The notes beneath the pieces were generated by a model. The model was not told the DNA's origin. It saw only the letters and a list, made by a program, of their open reading frames with translations, and searched no databases. A stretch of DNA of 57,044 nucleotides. Source: Archangiaceae bacterium (GTDB lineage Bacteria > Myxococcota > Myxococcia > Myxococcales > Myxococcaceae). Position 1 is the first letter of the stretch; every line of letters starts with the position of its first letter. Where the stretch lies: NCBI GenBank assembly GCA_043750125.1, contig JAYVCD010000415.1, positions 1 to 57,044 on the forward strand, in the 5' to 3' direction. Both the position numbers and the translations under genes were made by a program. Positions 1-9,035 of the stretch are shown here, piece by piece.

Positions 1-20
1 CGGGGGTCCGATGTCGCGAA

Positions 21-101
21 CTGGTGAGAACGACCCCCGGCGGTGAGGATTACCACCGAGGCGCGACGGTAAATGACACCAGTGGGGGTAGTTCTCACCA
101 G
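21..101. repeat. Imperfect long inverted repeat (REP/MITE-like or structured RNA hairpin)
   Basis: Arm 21-54 (ctggtgagaacgacccccggcggtgaggattacc) matches the reverse complement of 68-101 at 26/34 positions; the outer 11 bp are perfect. Confidence 0.7.
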
Positions 102-296
102 AAGCCCTGAAGCGAACGCCGACCGAGCCAAAGCAACACGAAGGCCCCCCCTTTTCCCGCCAATGCCCAGGGGACTTTCGAACCTTCGCCGACGCCCGCT
201 CCCGCCTCCTTCTCCCGGCCCGGTCCTTTCCGAACCGATCGTGGCGCGACCTTCCTCGTCATCTTCAGCGGCTGCCTGGCCGCTTGAAGTGCGTCG

Positions 297-527
297 CTAT
301 TTCTTCTTCGCAGGTGCAGGCGAAGAGTGCCGCGACTGAACGTCGGCGAAGCTCTTGTGCTCGCGGCGCTGCTCTTCGAGGCGCACCGAGTCGGCGGCCC
401 GGGTCAGCGCGGCTTCGAACTTCTTTTGCCGCCCGAGGTCGAGCTTGGCGGTCGAGTCGAACAGCGAGACCCGTTCTACCGCGGGCGTCTTGGTGACTTT
501 TCGATCGAAGCTGTACTGGGCGGACAT
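297..527 (-). CDS. Small hypothetical protein (76 aa, MSAQYSFDRK...PAKKK)
   Basis: C-terminal part of ORF 297..1430 from ATG at 527; protein-like composition; lies just downstream of the MMPL gene on the same strand. Confidence 0.55.
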   Translation of the reverse strand: MSAQYSFDRKVTKTPAVERVSLFDSTAKLDLGRQKKFEAALTRAADSVRLEEQRREHKSFADVQSRHSSPAPAKKK

Positions 528-571
528 CGGCGCATCGTGGTGCACCGTGTGGCCGCGGAGCAAGGGGGGCG

Positions 572-3217
572 CTACTCGCCGACCGGAGCCTCGATTTCGG
601 GGTGGGTGATGTGGGCTTTCTTCATCGCAGAGGGCTCGATTTTCACCCGCTTGTCGTGAATCAACTGCAGCACCGCGGCGAGCACGGTGAAGCTGACCAA
701 CAGGGTGGTGGCCAGGCCCAGGCAGGCGACGTACCCAATCGACTTGAGCCCGTTGTGCTGGGCGAAGAAGAGCGCTCCGAAGCCTGAGATGGCAGTGAGG
801 GTCGAGCTGGCCACCGCGGCGCCCACGCTGCGCAAGGCGACGATCGGCGAGGTGCCCTCGAGGAAGCGGTGAAGCAGGTAGAGCCCGTGACTGACTCCGA
901 AGCCGAGCAGAATCGGGAGGATCACCAGGTTCATGAAGTTCAGGGTGTGGACGGTGATGCTCATCAACCCGAGCATCATCCATAGGCCCACTCCGAGCGG
1001 GATCACGCTGGCCAGGGCGAGCTTCACGCTGCGGAAGTCGAGGAAGTGCATCAGCAGGATCCAAAGGGTCGCCAGGACCACGGTCAGCTTCCCGTCGCGA
1101 AGCACGATTCGAGCGAGGGTGGCGTAGAGGATGGCGAGGCCGGCGCTGCGGTACTCGCGGCCATCGCCGGTCTTGATCACCCGCATTTCGTCGGCGAACG
1201 TCATCATCTTCTTCCCGTCCCAGAGATCGACGCTCGGGTAGACGAAGGTCAAGTAGCCCTGGTTCTCGGGCCGGGTGGTCGGAAGGTTCCGGAAGTTGGC
1301 AGCGTAAACCTCGGGCACGTCGGCGACGCCGTACGGTCGCTTCGCGAGGATCCGCTTGAACAGCGCGGCCTTCTCTTGCATCTCGGGGGGCAGCGACTCG
1401 ACGTTGATTTCTTTGAGCTCTTCTTCCCACTCGGCGAGGACCTTCGCGTTGGCGGCCGCCACGTCGGGGGGCGGGACGAAGCTGTAGACCGACACCACCT
1501 GGTCCACCGAGGGGTACTTCTCTTTGTGCAGGGTCAGCTCGTCCCAGATCGCCTTGGTCTCTTCGATGGTCTTGGCGGTGAAGGCGATCGGGTCGGAAGA
1601 GATCTTGAAGCGGGCGTTGATCTCGTCCTGCAGCTTGATGCTCGCCATGTCCTCGGGCACCAGGGCGCGGGTGTTGTAGTTGAAGACCACTCCGCTCTTC
1701 AGCCGCTCGAGTACTGTCGGGGGGCGGTCCTTGGGCAGCTCTTCACCGGTCCACGGAATGGCGAACGCACAGACCGCGGCCACGCCGGTGCACATCACCG
1801 CCAGGACCCAGCGCGGGTGGGGGATCCGAAGCTCACCCCCGGCGTTGCTGTGCGAGGGGGGCTTCATCACTCCAATTGCTTTGGGAACCCAGGCGGGGTT
1901 CCGATTGCCGATCAGCGCGAGGACGGCGGGGCTCCACGAGAAGAGGGTGAAGCCGATGATCAAGGTGCCGAACGCGGCGAGAAATCCGAATTGCGAGAAC
2001 CCGCGGAACTGGGAAATCAGCAGCACCATGAAGCTGCCGCCGGTGACGATTGCAGCGATCAGCGCGGGGCGGCCGGCGTTGACGAGCGCATCGGTGATCG
2101 CCTCGGCGTACTGCTTGCCCGAGCCCAGCTCGATGCGGGTGCGGTAGATGAAGTGAATCCCGTAGTCGATGCCGAAGCCCATCAAGATCGCGCCGATGAT
2201 GCTGGTCACCATGTTCAGCTCGCCGAGCGTCAGGTAGGCGAACCCCATGGTGAGAATGGTGCCCATGATCATTCCGCTGATCACGATCAGCGTCGGGGCC
2301 AGCTTGCGGAAGAAGACGATGGTGATGAGGCAGATGAAGACGAAGGCCGCCAGCGCCACGTCGTCGATCGAATCCTGAATCGCGTAGCTGTCGTCGACGT
2401 TCGTTTTGTAGGAACCGGTGAAGCCGAAATAGACGGACTTGTCGTCGCCGCTCTTGGCGTAGTCCTCGATCAGCGTGACGCCGGTTTCGCGGGCGATGTC
2501 GGCCAGCATGCCTTTGCTCGCCTCGCCGATCTTCGCTTCCCCCGTCATGTGGTCGAGGAACTGCTTGGTCTCGGCCAGTTGGGTGGAGTTCCACATCGGC
2601 TTGATCAACATCAGGATCATCTGCCGATCGTCCGAGATGTAGTACTCGTCGCGGATGCTCTTTTTTCCGACCGCGGCGTACTTCGCGATCAGGTCTTCGA
2701 GCTCCAGCTTCACCGGTTCGGTCTTGCGGATTTCGATGAAGAACGGATTGTTCCGGCGCAGCTGATCCTTGATGTACGCGTTGATGCGTCTTTTGCCCTC
2801 GATCAGGTCCTCGGTCTTGATGAACAAGACCATGTTTTCCTGGATGAACTTAATCGGGACTTTGTAGGTGATGAACCGCACGTAGGGCGTTCCATCGGGG
2901 CGCTTCTCGGTCTTCAGTCGCGCGTCGATCGCGTCTGAGACCTTCTTCAAGGTGTCGGCGTCTTTTCCGCGCAGCCCGAGCATCAGGTAGCCGGCGCCTC
3001 CCACCATGTCGATGACCCGCTTGACCTCTTTGACTTCGGGCAGGTCTTGCGAAATCAGCGACAGCTGGTCGCTCTCGATGCGCAGCTTGAAGGCGAGCCA
3101 GGTGCTCACCACGGTCAGGCCCAATAAGAGCAGCAGGACCTTGCCGGGGTGGCCGATGATGGTGCGCGCGTACGAGGTGGTCCAGCGGGTGAGGAAGGCG
3201 GTCTTGTCGGCGCTCAT
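572..3217 (-). CDS. MMPL/RND-family lipid transporter (HpnN/BstA-like architecture)
   Basis: 881 aa; two repeats of TM, large periplasmic loop, then 5 TM; motifs GFGIDYGIH and GFGVSHGLY. Confidence 0.85.
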   Translation of the reverse strand: MSADKTAFLTRWTTSYARTIIGHPGKVLLLLLGLTVVSTWLAFKLRIESDQLSLISQDLPEVKEVKRVIDMVGGAGYLMLGLRGKDADTLKKVSDAIDARLKTEKRPDGTPYVRFITYKVPIKFIQENMVLFIKTEDLIEGKRRINAYIKDQLRRNNPFFIEIRKTEPVKLELEDLIAKYAAVGKKSIRDEYYISDDRQMILMLIKPMWNSTQLAETKQFLDHMTGEAKIGEASKGMLADIARETGVTLIEDYAKSGDDKSVYFGFTGSYKTNVDDSYAIQDSIDDVALAAFVFICLITIVFFRKLAPTLIVISGMIMGTILTMGFAYLTLGELNMVTSIIGAILMGFGIDYGIHFIYRTRIELGSGKQYAEAITDALVNAGRPALIAAIVTGGSFMVLLISQFRGFSQFGFLAAFGTLIIGFTLFSWSPAVLALIGNRNPAWVPKAIGVMKPPSHSNAGGELRIPHPRWVLAVMCTGVAAVCAFAIPWTGEELPKDRPPTVLERLKSGVVFNYNTRALVPEDMASIKLQDEINARFKISSDPIAFTAKTIEETKAIWDELTLHKEKYPSVDQVVSVYSFVPPPDVAAANAKVLAEWEEELKEINVESLPPEMQEKAALFKRILAKRPYGVADVPEVYAANFRNLPTTRPENQGYLTFVYPSVDLWDGKKMMTFADEMRVIKTGDGREYRSAGLAILYATLARIVLRDGKLTVVLATLWILLMHFLDFRSVKLALASVIPLGVGLWMMLGLMSITVHTLNFMNLVILPILLGFGVSHGLYLLHRFLEGTSPIVALRSVGAAVASSTLTAISGFGALFFAQHNGLKSIGYVACLGLATTLLVSFTVLAAVLQLIHDKRVKIEPSAMKKAHITHPEIEAPVGE

Positions 3218-3227
3218 GGGCGCGGCA

Positions 3228-3243
3228 AGCTAACCAATTGCCA
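3228..3243 (-). promoter_or_regulatory. Candidate sigma54 -24/-12 element (or TAGCTT -10 box) for the MMPL gene
   Basis: Minus strand TGGCAATTGGTTAGCT = GG-N10-GC; the GC ends 12 nt before the ATG at 3217. Confidence 0.4.
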
Positions 3244-3333
3244 CCCGTTCCGCTCTGAGAAAACCGGTGTGATTCAGGGGTCCGGCGCCCGTGGAAGTAC
3301 AGGCGCCGGAATCAATTCATCCGCTTCAGTCAA

Positions 3334-3383
3334 TTGGCAACGCACAAACATGGGCAACGTTGCCCATCGGGGTGCGCTGCCAA
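3334..3383. promoter_or_regulatory. 50-bp nested palindrome, putative operator/enhancer
   Basis: Perfect 18-bp palindrome atgggcaacgttgcccat (3350-3367), flanked symmetrically by ttggcaacgcac / gtgcgctgccaa, in a divergent intergenic region. Confidence 0.6.
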
Positions 3384-3480
3384 CCTTCTAAGGCCCGCAA
3401 CGCGGCTGGCGCGCGGCCGCCCACACCCCGTCCCCGGTCCTTCGGATGAACCCGGCTACGTCTGTTAGGGTGCCCGCGCC

Positions 3481-4719
3481 TTGCGCTTCCTGCCTTTCAT
3501 CCTCGCGGCGCTGGTCTGCGCCTGCCCTCCTTCTCTTTCGGGAATGGACGCCGCGCTGCCGGACGAGGACGCGGGCCCGATCGATGCGGGGACCCCGGAT
3601 GCAGGCCGGGTCGATGGGGGCTTCGTCGCGGTGCCGATCGAGCAGTGGTGTCAGCTGCAGGCGTTCGCGCAGTGCGATCGTTCGGTGCGCTGCCTCGAGC
3701 TGGCGCTGAGCAACCAGACCGAGTGCATCGCGAAGAAGAGCGAGCTCTGCGATCAGACCGCGTACACCCGCGCGGCGAAGGAAGGCCGGATGCAGTACCT
3801 GTCGACCCGGGCGGCGCAGTGCCTCAACGGCTACGCCGGAGGCAGCTGTCGAGACGTCCCCACGGGGTGTGAAGGGGTGTTCGCCGGGAAGGTCGTCCCC
3901 GATGGAGGCTGCATTCTGCTCGAGGAATGCAATGGCGGCGGCTTCTGCTACGCGTACGACTACACCTGCCCGCACCGCTGTCGGGGGTGGATCCCGCTCG
4001 GCGTGCCGTGCGATGGCTTCAGCGCCCGCTGCAGTCCCGAAGACGCGTACTGCGGAACTTTCGATGGCGGCACGGGCCAGCGGTGCCAGCCGCTGAAAGG
4101 AGTGGGCGAAGAGTGCATCGAATACGACGCCTGCCGAACAGACCTCACCTGCGCGAACAAGAAGTGCATCAAGCGGCGCGCGGGCCCGGGCGAGCCGTGC
4201 CGCGAAGCGCAGAGCTACCCCGATTGCAGCGAGGAATATTTCTGTCGACAGTCCACCGCCGTGACGCCTCCTCCGCCCGGCACCTGTGAGCGGCGCGGAG
4301 GACTGGGCGCCGTCTGTGCGGGCTTCGGCTCGTGCCTGCCCTCGCTGCGCTGCGGCTCGTCGTTCTCGACTTCGACCTGCGTGGCACGCGCAGCGGTGGG
4401 TGAAAAGTGCAGCAGCTACGGCGAATGCGAGGAAGGCCTGTATTGCCCACCCCGCACTTCCCGCTGCGCGCAGATTCCTTCAGCGGGCGCAGACTGCACT
4501 TCCCAGGGCAGCTACTCGGAGTGTGCATCGGCCCACTTCTGCGACTTCAGCGCACCTGACTCGCTCTACACCTGTCGTCCCCGACGCGCGCTGGGGGACG
4601 GCTGCACCTATGATGGGGTGTGCCTGTCGAATGATTGCGAATACGGGACGCTCCCCGACGGTGGTTACGCCGGGATCTGCGTCGCGCGTTGTTCGCAGAA
4701 GGCCGACGGCGGGCTCTAG
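3481..4719 (+). CDS. Cys-rich secreted/lipoprotein with repeated small disulfide modules
   Basis: Signal/lipobox (LVCAC), DAG repeats, many G..C....C..GL.C modules. Confidence 0.8.
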   Translation: MRFLPFILAALVCACPPSLSGMDAALPDEDAGPIDAGTPDAGRVDGGFVAVPIEQWCQLQAFAQCDRSVRCLELALSNQTECIAKKSELCDQTAYTRAAKEGRMQYLSTRAAQCLNGYAGGSCRDVPTGCEGVFAGKVVPDGGCILLEECNGGGFCYAYDYTCPHRCRGWIPLGVPCDGFSARCSPEDAYCGTFDGGTGQRCQPLKGVGEECIEYDACRTDLTCANKKCIKRRAGPGEPCREAQSYPDCSEEYFCRQSTAVTPPPPGTCERRGGLGAVCAGFGSCLPSLRCGSSFSTSTCVARAAVGEKCSSYGECEEGLYCPPRTSRCAQIPSAGADCTSQGSYSECASAHFCDFSAPDSLYTCRPRRALGDGCTYDGVCLSNDCEYGTLPDGGYAGICVARCSQKADGGL

Positions 4720-4722
4720 ACG

Positions 4723-6090
4723 GTGAACATGAAGTCTCTTTTTCCGATGGCCCTGTTGGGGCTGCTGGCGGGTTGTTCGGCTGCGCCCCCTGGGACAGAA
4801 GACGGCCACGCGATCGACGCAGGTGGCGGCGACGCGGGTCCCAGCGACGGCGGCGGCAACGGCGGCGGCAGCGGGCAGAGTGACGGCGGCTTGCCGCTGA
4901 AGTCCGCGTGCACGGTGCTCAATGCGCGCCGGTGTGACTACCTGCGGCGCTGCGGTTTGATTTCGGTTGCAGCAGTGCGCGATTGCCTGGCCTGGCAACA
5001 GGCCACGTCTTGCGGGCCTTCCAAATGGCAGCCGCGGGTCGAAGCGCAAGTGCCGACGCTGCGCTACGACCCGTTCCTGGCTCAGAGCTGCGCCGACAGC
5101 TGGGTGGACCGGAAGTGCACCGATTCCGCCACCGAGCCGACCGCGTGCGGAAATCGATTCCTGCTCCCGAGGGTCTTCAACACCCAGGCGTGTTTCGACG
5201 GCTACAAAGAGTGCCTCGAAGGCGTCTGCCGAGGGGCAGCGTGTCCGCGCACCTGCCAGAGCCCGGGCATGGTGGGTGAAGTTTGCAGAGACAGCCCCGA
5301 CTGCAAGAGCGGGCTCTACTGCAAGGTCAACATCCTCGCGACCGGCTCGGGCCTGTGCACCGCCTACGGTCAGGCGAGCCAGGCGTGCGATGCCGACCAG
5401 CCCTGCGCCAGCGGGCTGCTGTGCAACGCCGCGAGGTGCGCAATGCCTCCGATGGCGAACCAGCCGTGCCTGGGCTCGTCGTGCGACGAGGGCGCGTGGT
5501 GCCAAAGCAGCGCCGACGGAGGCCAGTGCAAAGCCCGAGCGGGCCTGGACACGGCCTGCACCGACGACGCGCAGTGCCAGGCCTCGTTGTTGTGCGAAGC
5601 GTTGCTTGGAAAGTGCGTCCCGCGGGTGTTGAGCGCGGTGGGGGGGGGCTGCGGGCAAAGGCAAGTGTGCCCGATGGGCGCGGTTTGCCTGTACGCCACG
5701 GCGACGGCGCTGGGGGTCTGCGGGGTTGCGCTCGATGCGGGCGCCAGCTGCATGTCGAGCAACGATTGTCAGCCCCAGCTGGCGTGCAGCGGTCTGGACG
5801 GAGGGCTCGCGCTCGGCTGCGGTCCGCGCCAGCCCGACGGAATGCGGTGTACCGAGACCCGCGATTGCCAGCTGCTCTCGGTGTGCAAGAAACAAACGTG
5901 CGTCCGACTGCCGACCACGGGGGACTCATGCTCGGTGGCCCAAAGCTGCCTGTTCGGCCCCTGCGTCAGCACCGACGCGGGCTCCCTCTGCACCGAGCCG
6001 TTCGGCCCCGGAGTGGCCTGCGCCAAAGACGCCGACTGCAGCTCGAGCAGATGCGTGACCGGCAAGTGTCTGCCCAGCTGTACGCCCTGA
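4723..6090 (+). CDS. Cys-rich lipoprotein, paralog of the upstream gene
   Basis: Lipobox LAGC, Gly-rich linker, same Cys-module pattern (C....C..GL.C); starts 3 nt after the previous stop. Confidence 0.8.
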   Translation: MNMKSLFPMALLGLLAGCSAAPPGTEDGHAIDAGGGDAGPSDGGGNGGGSGQSDGGLPLKSACTVLNARRCDYLRRCGLISVAAVRDCLAWQQATSCGPSKWQPRVEAQVPTLRYDPFLAQSCADSWVDRKCTDSATEPTACGNRFLLPRVFNTQACFDGYKECLEGVCRGAACPRTCQSPGMVGEVCRDSPDCKSGLYCKVNILATGSGLCTAYGQASQACDADQPCASGLLCNAARCAMPPMANQPCLGSSCDEGAWCQSSADGGQCKARAGLDTACTDDAQCQASLLCEALLGKCVPRVLSAVGGGCGQRQVCPMGAVCLYATATALGVCGVALDAGASCMSSNDCQPQLACSGLDGGLALGCGPRQPDGMRCTETRDCQLLSVCKKQTCVRLPTTGDSCSVAQSCLFGPCVSTDAGSLCTEPFGPGVACAKDADCSSSRCVTGKCLPSCTP

Positions 6091-6118
6091 CGTGATGTAA
6101 GGCCTCGAGGAGAACCCG

Positions 6119-7405
6119 TTGCCCCTCTACGTACAGGTGATCATCGGAGTCGTCTTCGGTTCGATCTTCGGCGTCATTTTCAAAAGAGAGCCGATCTTCC
6201 TCGGCCTTGGAAACGACGAGCTCGGCGCCCTGGGGATGCTGTTGATCCGCCTGCTCAAGGCGCTGGCGGTGCCGCTGGTGTTGTTTGCGATTCTCGACGC
6301 GTTCGTGCGGACCCGAATCTCTGCGCGCAGCGGGATCAAGCTGTTGGTCATCTGCCTGGTCAACGTCTCGGTCGCGTTCGCGATCGGCCTGACGCTGATG
6401 AACACCCTCAAGCCCGGGGTGGGCTCAGCCGAACGCCTGGCCGCGCTCAAAGGCATCCCGAACAAGGAAGCCGAAGCCTCGCTGGCCATCGGAGCCAAAG
6501 GTTCGATTTCGCCGCTCAAGGCAATCGACAGCTACGTGCCCGAGAGCCTGGTGGACCCGTTCCTGAAAAACAGCATCATCCCCGTGGTGTTGATCGCCTT
6601 GATCCTCGGCGCGGCGATGCGACGGGTGAAGGACTCTGACGAGGCCCCCGAGATGAAATCGATCGAGTCGTTCATCGGCGCCGGGTTTCAGATTCTGGTG
6701 CAGGTGCTCGCCTGGGTCGTGAAGGGAGTTCCCTTCGCGGTGTTCGCGGTCGTGGCCCAGGTGGTGGGCAAGGCGGGCCTCGGGGTGTTCGGGGCGCTGT
6801 TCCCTTTTCTCGGCATCGTCCTGCTCGGAATGACGATTCACAGTCTGCTCTACTACCCGGCGGTCGCCTGGCTCGTAGGGGGCAAGTCGCCGCGCGTCTA
6901 CCTGGGCCAGGGTGCGGACGCGATCCTGATGGCCTTGTCGACGAACTCGAGCCTGGCGACGGTGCCGGTCACGTTGAAGTGCCTGACCGAGAAGATGGGC
7001 GTCTCTCACGGCTCGGCCCGGCTGGCGGCCTGCATCGGAACCAACCTCAACAACGACGGCATCACGCTGTACGAGGCGATGGCGGCGCTGTTCGTCGCGC
7101 AGGCGCTGGGAATGGAACTGACGCTCTCGCAGCAGGCGGTGGTGGTGCTCGCGTCACTGATGGCTGGAATCGGAATCGCCGGAATTCCCGAAGCGGGGCT
7201 GGTGATGCTGCCTTTGGTGTTGGGCGCGATGGGGTTGCCGACCGAGCTGGTGGCGGTGGCGATCGCGTTCGTGCTGCCGGTCGATTGGATCCTCGCTCGT
7301 GCGCGGTCGGCGGTGAACGTGATGAGCGACATGCTGGTCGCGATTCTGCTCGACCGCGGTCAGCCCGTTCGGCTCGAAGACGCGGTGGAGGCGTCGGCGA
7401 AATAG
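6119..7405 (+). CDS. Dicarboxylate/amino acid:cation symporter (DAACS, GltP/DctA family)
   Basis: Multi-TM protein with STNSSLATVP, GTNLNNDG and AGIP motifs. Confidence 0.9.
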   Translation: MPLYVQVIIGVVFGSIFGVIFKREPIFLGLGNDELGALGMLLIRLLKALAVPLVLFAILDAFVRTRISARSGIKLLVICLVNVSVAFAIGLTLMNTLKPGVGSAERLAALKGIPNKEAEASLAIGAKGSISPLKAIDSYVPESLVDPFLKNSIIPVVLIALILGAAMRRVKDSDEAPEMKSIESFIGAGFQILVQVLAWVVKGVPFAVFAVVAQVVGKAGLGVFGALFPFLGIVLLGMTIHSLLYYPAVAWLVGGKSPRVYLGQGADAILMALSTNSSLATVPVTLKCLTEKMGVSHGSARLAACIGTNLNNDGITLYEAMAALFVAQALGMELTLSQQAVVVLASLMAGIGIAGIPEAGLVMLPLVLGAMGLPTELVAVAIAFVLPVDWILARARSAVNVMSDMLVAILLDRGQPVRLEDAVEASAK

Positions 7406-7448
7406 ATTTCACGTTCCGCCCGGGGCGCGATGAGCGATAGAGCGCGTC

Positions 7449-9035
7449 ATGATGTGGTTCTCACTGCTCGGGGCGCTGGCGATTTCGTGGTTCGGTTGGA
7501 AGCCCCTCGTCCGGAAGATGATCGGCTGGAAGCTCGGCCCATACCGGGTGACGGTCAATCGGGTCGACCCTGCGCTGCCGCTGAAGCTGCCGACTTCGAA
7601 GAAGGTCGCGGTGCTGGGAGGAGGTCTGGCCGGAATCGCCGCCGCCTCGACGCTGGCAGCGCGCGGGTACGCAGTGACGATCCTCGAATCGAAGTCGTAC
7701 CTCGGAGGAAAGCTCGGCTCGTGGCAGGTCGAGCTCGAGCCCGGCAAATCCGAGTGGGTGAGCCACGGCTTTCACGCCTTCTTCCGGCACTACTACAACT
7801 TGAACCGGTTCCTCGACGGGCTTGGGCTGCGTAAAAACTTTCGCGGAATTTCCGACTACCGGGTGCTGAAGCAGAACGGAACCGAGATTTCTTTCGGAGA
7901 GCTCGAGAACACTCCGATGCTGAACCTGATGGCGCTGCGCAATGTCGGCATGTACCGCTACGCCGAAGTGACCCGCGCTCCGACCCGGCACTTGATGACC
8001 CTGTTCCTCGAGTACGAGCCGACCACCAACGCCCGGCTGGACAACATGTCGTTCGCCGAGTTCGCCCGGCTCGCCGAGGTTCCGCCGGACTTGATGATCG
8101 CCTTCAATACCTTCTCGCGCGCGTTCTTCGCCGACGAGGCGCTGCTCTCGATGGCCGAGATGCTGAAGAGCTTTCACGTCTACTACCTGGGTCACGACGG
8201 GGGACTGCTCTACGACCACCCGACGAAGGACTACGAGGCGACGCTGCTGAAGCCGATTCGCTCTCACCTCGCCTCGCTGAAGGTCGAGCTTCGTCTGCAG
8301 ACTCCGGTGACGACGATCTCGCGCGTCGAGAAGGGCTTCCTCGTCAACGCCGAGCGCTTCGAGAAGGTGGTGCTCGCGACCGACGTGGTAGGCGCGCGCA
8401 ACATCCTCGGGTCGGCGCCCGGGTTCGAGAGCCTGCACGCGCAGTTTTCGAAGCTGCGTCCGGGACAGCGGTACTCGGTGTTGAGGCTGTGGCTCGACAC
8501 CCCGGCGCGCACCGGGCTGCCGGTGTTCGTGGTGACCGAGAAGATGCGGGTGCTCGATTCGATCACCTTCTTCGACCGCACCGAGGACGAGTCGGCGGCG
8601 TGGGTGAAGGCCAACGGCGGCGCGGTGGTCGAGCTGCATTGCTACGCAGTGCCCGAGGCGATGAGCGAGGCCGAGGTGCGTGCCTTGTTCGAGCAAGAGC
8701 TGAAGAAGTTTCTGCCCGAGCTCGACAACGCGGTCATTCGCCACGAGCACTTTCGGATTCAGCGGGACTTCACCGCCTACCACGTGGGGATGAACGCCGA
8801 TCGTCCGGGGACGGACACCGGCATCGACGGGCTGTACTGCGCCGGAGACTGGGTGAAGCTGCCCTTCCCCGCGATGTTGATGGAAGCCGCGTTCTCGAGC
8901 GGAATGGTGGCGGCCAATCGGATTCTGGTCAGCGACGGACTGCGCGAAGAGGCGATCGAATCGGTGCCGCTGCGGGGCCTGCTGGCGGGAATTCCGGAAA
9001 GCTCGGCGCGCAAGAAGCTGCTGGGCCTGTCTTGA
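7449..9035 (+). CDS. FAD-dependent oxidoreductase, CrtU-like (carotenoid phi-ring/isorenieratene synthase family)
   Basis: GGGLAG FAD motif, HGFHAFFRHYYNL and AGDWVKLPFPAMLMEAA resemble actinobacterial CrtU; coupled to crtY. Confidence 0.65.
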   Translation: MMWFSLLGALAISWFGWKPLVRKMIGWKLGPYRVTVNRVDPALPLKLPTSKKVAVLGGGLAGIAAASTLAARGYAVTILESKSYLGGKLGSWQVELEPGKSEWVSHGFHAFFRHYYNLNRFLDGLGLRKNFRGISDYRVLKQNGTEISFGELENTPMLNLMALRNVGMYRYAEVTRAPTRHLMTLFLEYEPTTNARLDNMSFAEFARLAEVPPDLMIAFNTFSRAFFADEALLSMAEMLKSFHVYYLGHDGGLLYDHPTKDYEATLLKPIRSHLASLKVELRLQTPVTTISRVEKGFLVNAERFEKVVLATDVVGARNILGSAPGFESLHAQFSKLRPGQRYSVLRLWLDTPARTGLPVFVVTEKMRVLDSITFFDRTEDESAAWVKANGGAVVELHCYAVPEAMSEAEVRALFEQELKKFLPELDNAVIRHEHFRIQRDFTAYHVGMNADRPGTDTGIDGLYCAGDWVKLPFPAMLMEAAFSSGMVAANRILVSDGLREEAIESVPLRGLLAGIPESSARKKLLGLS

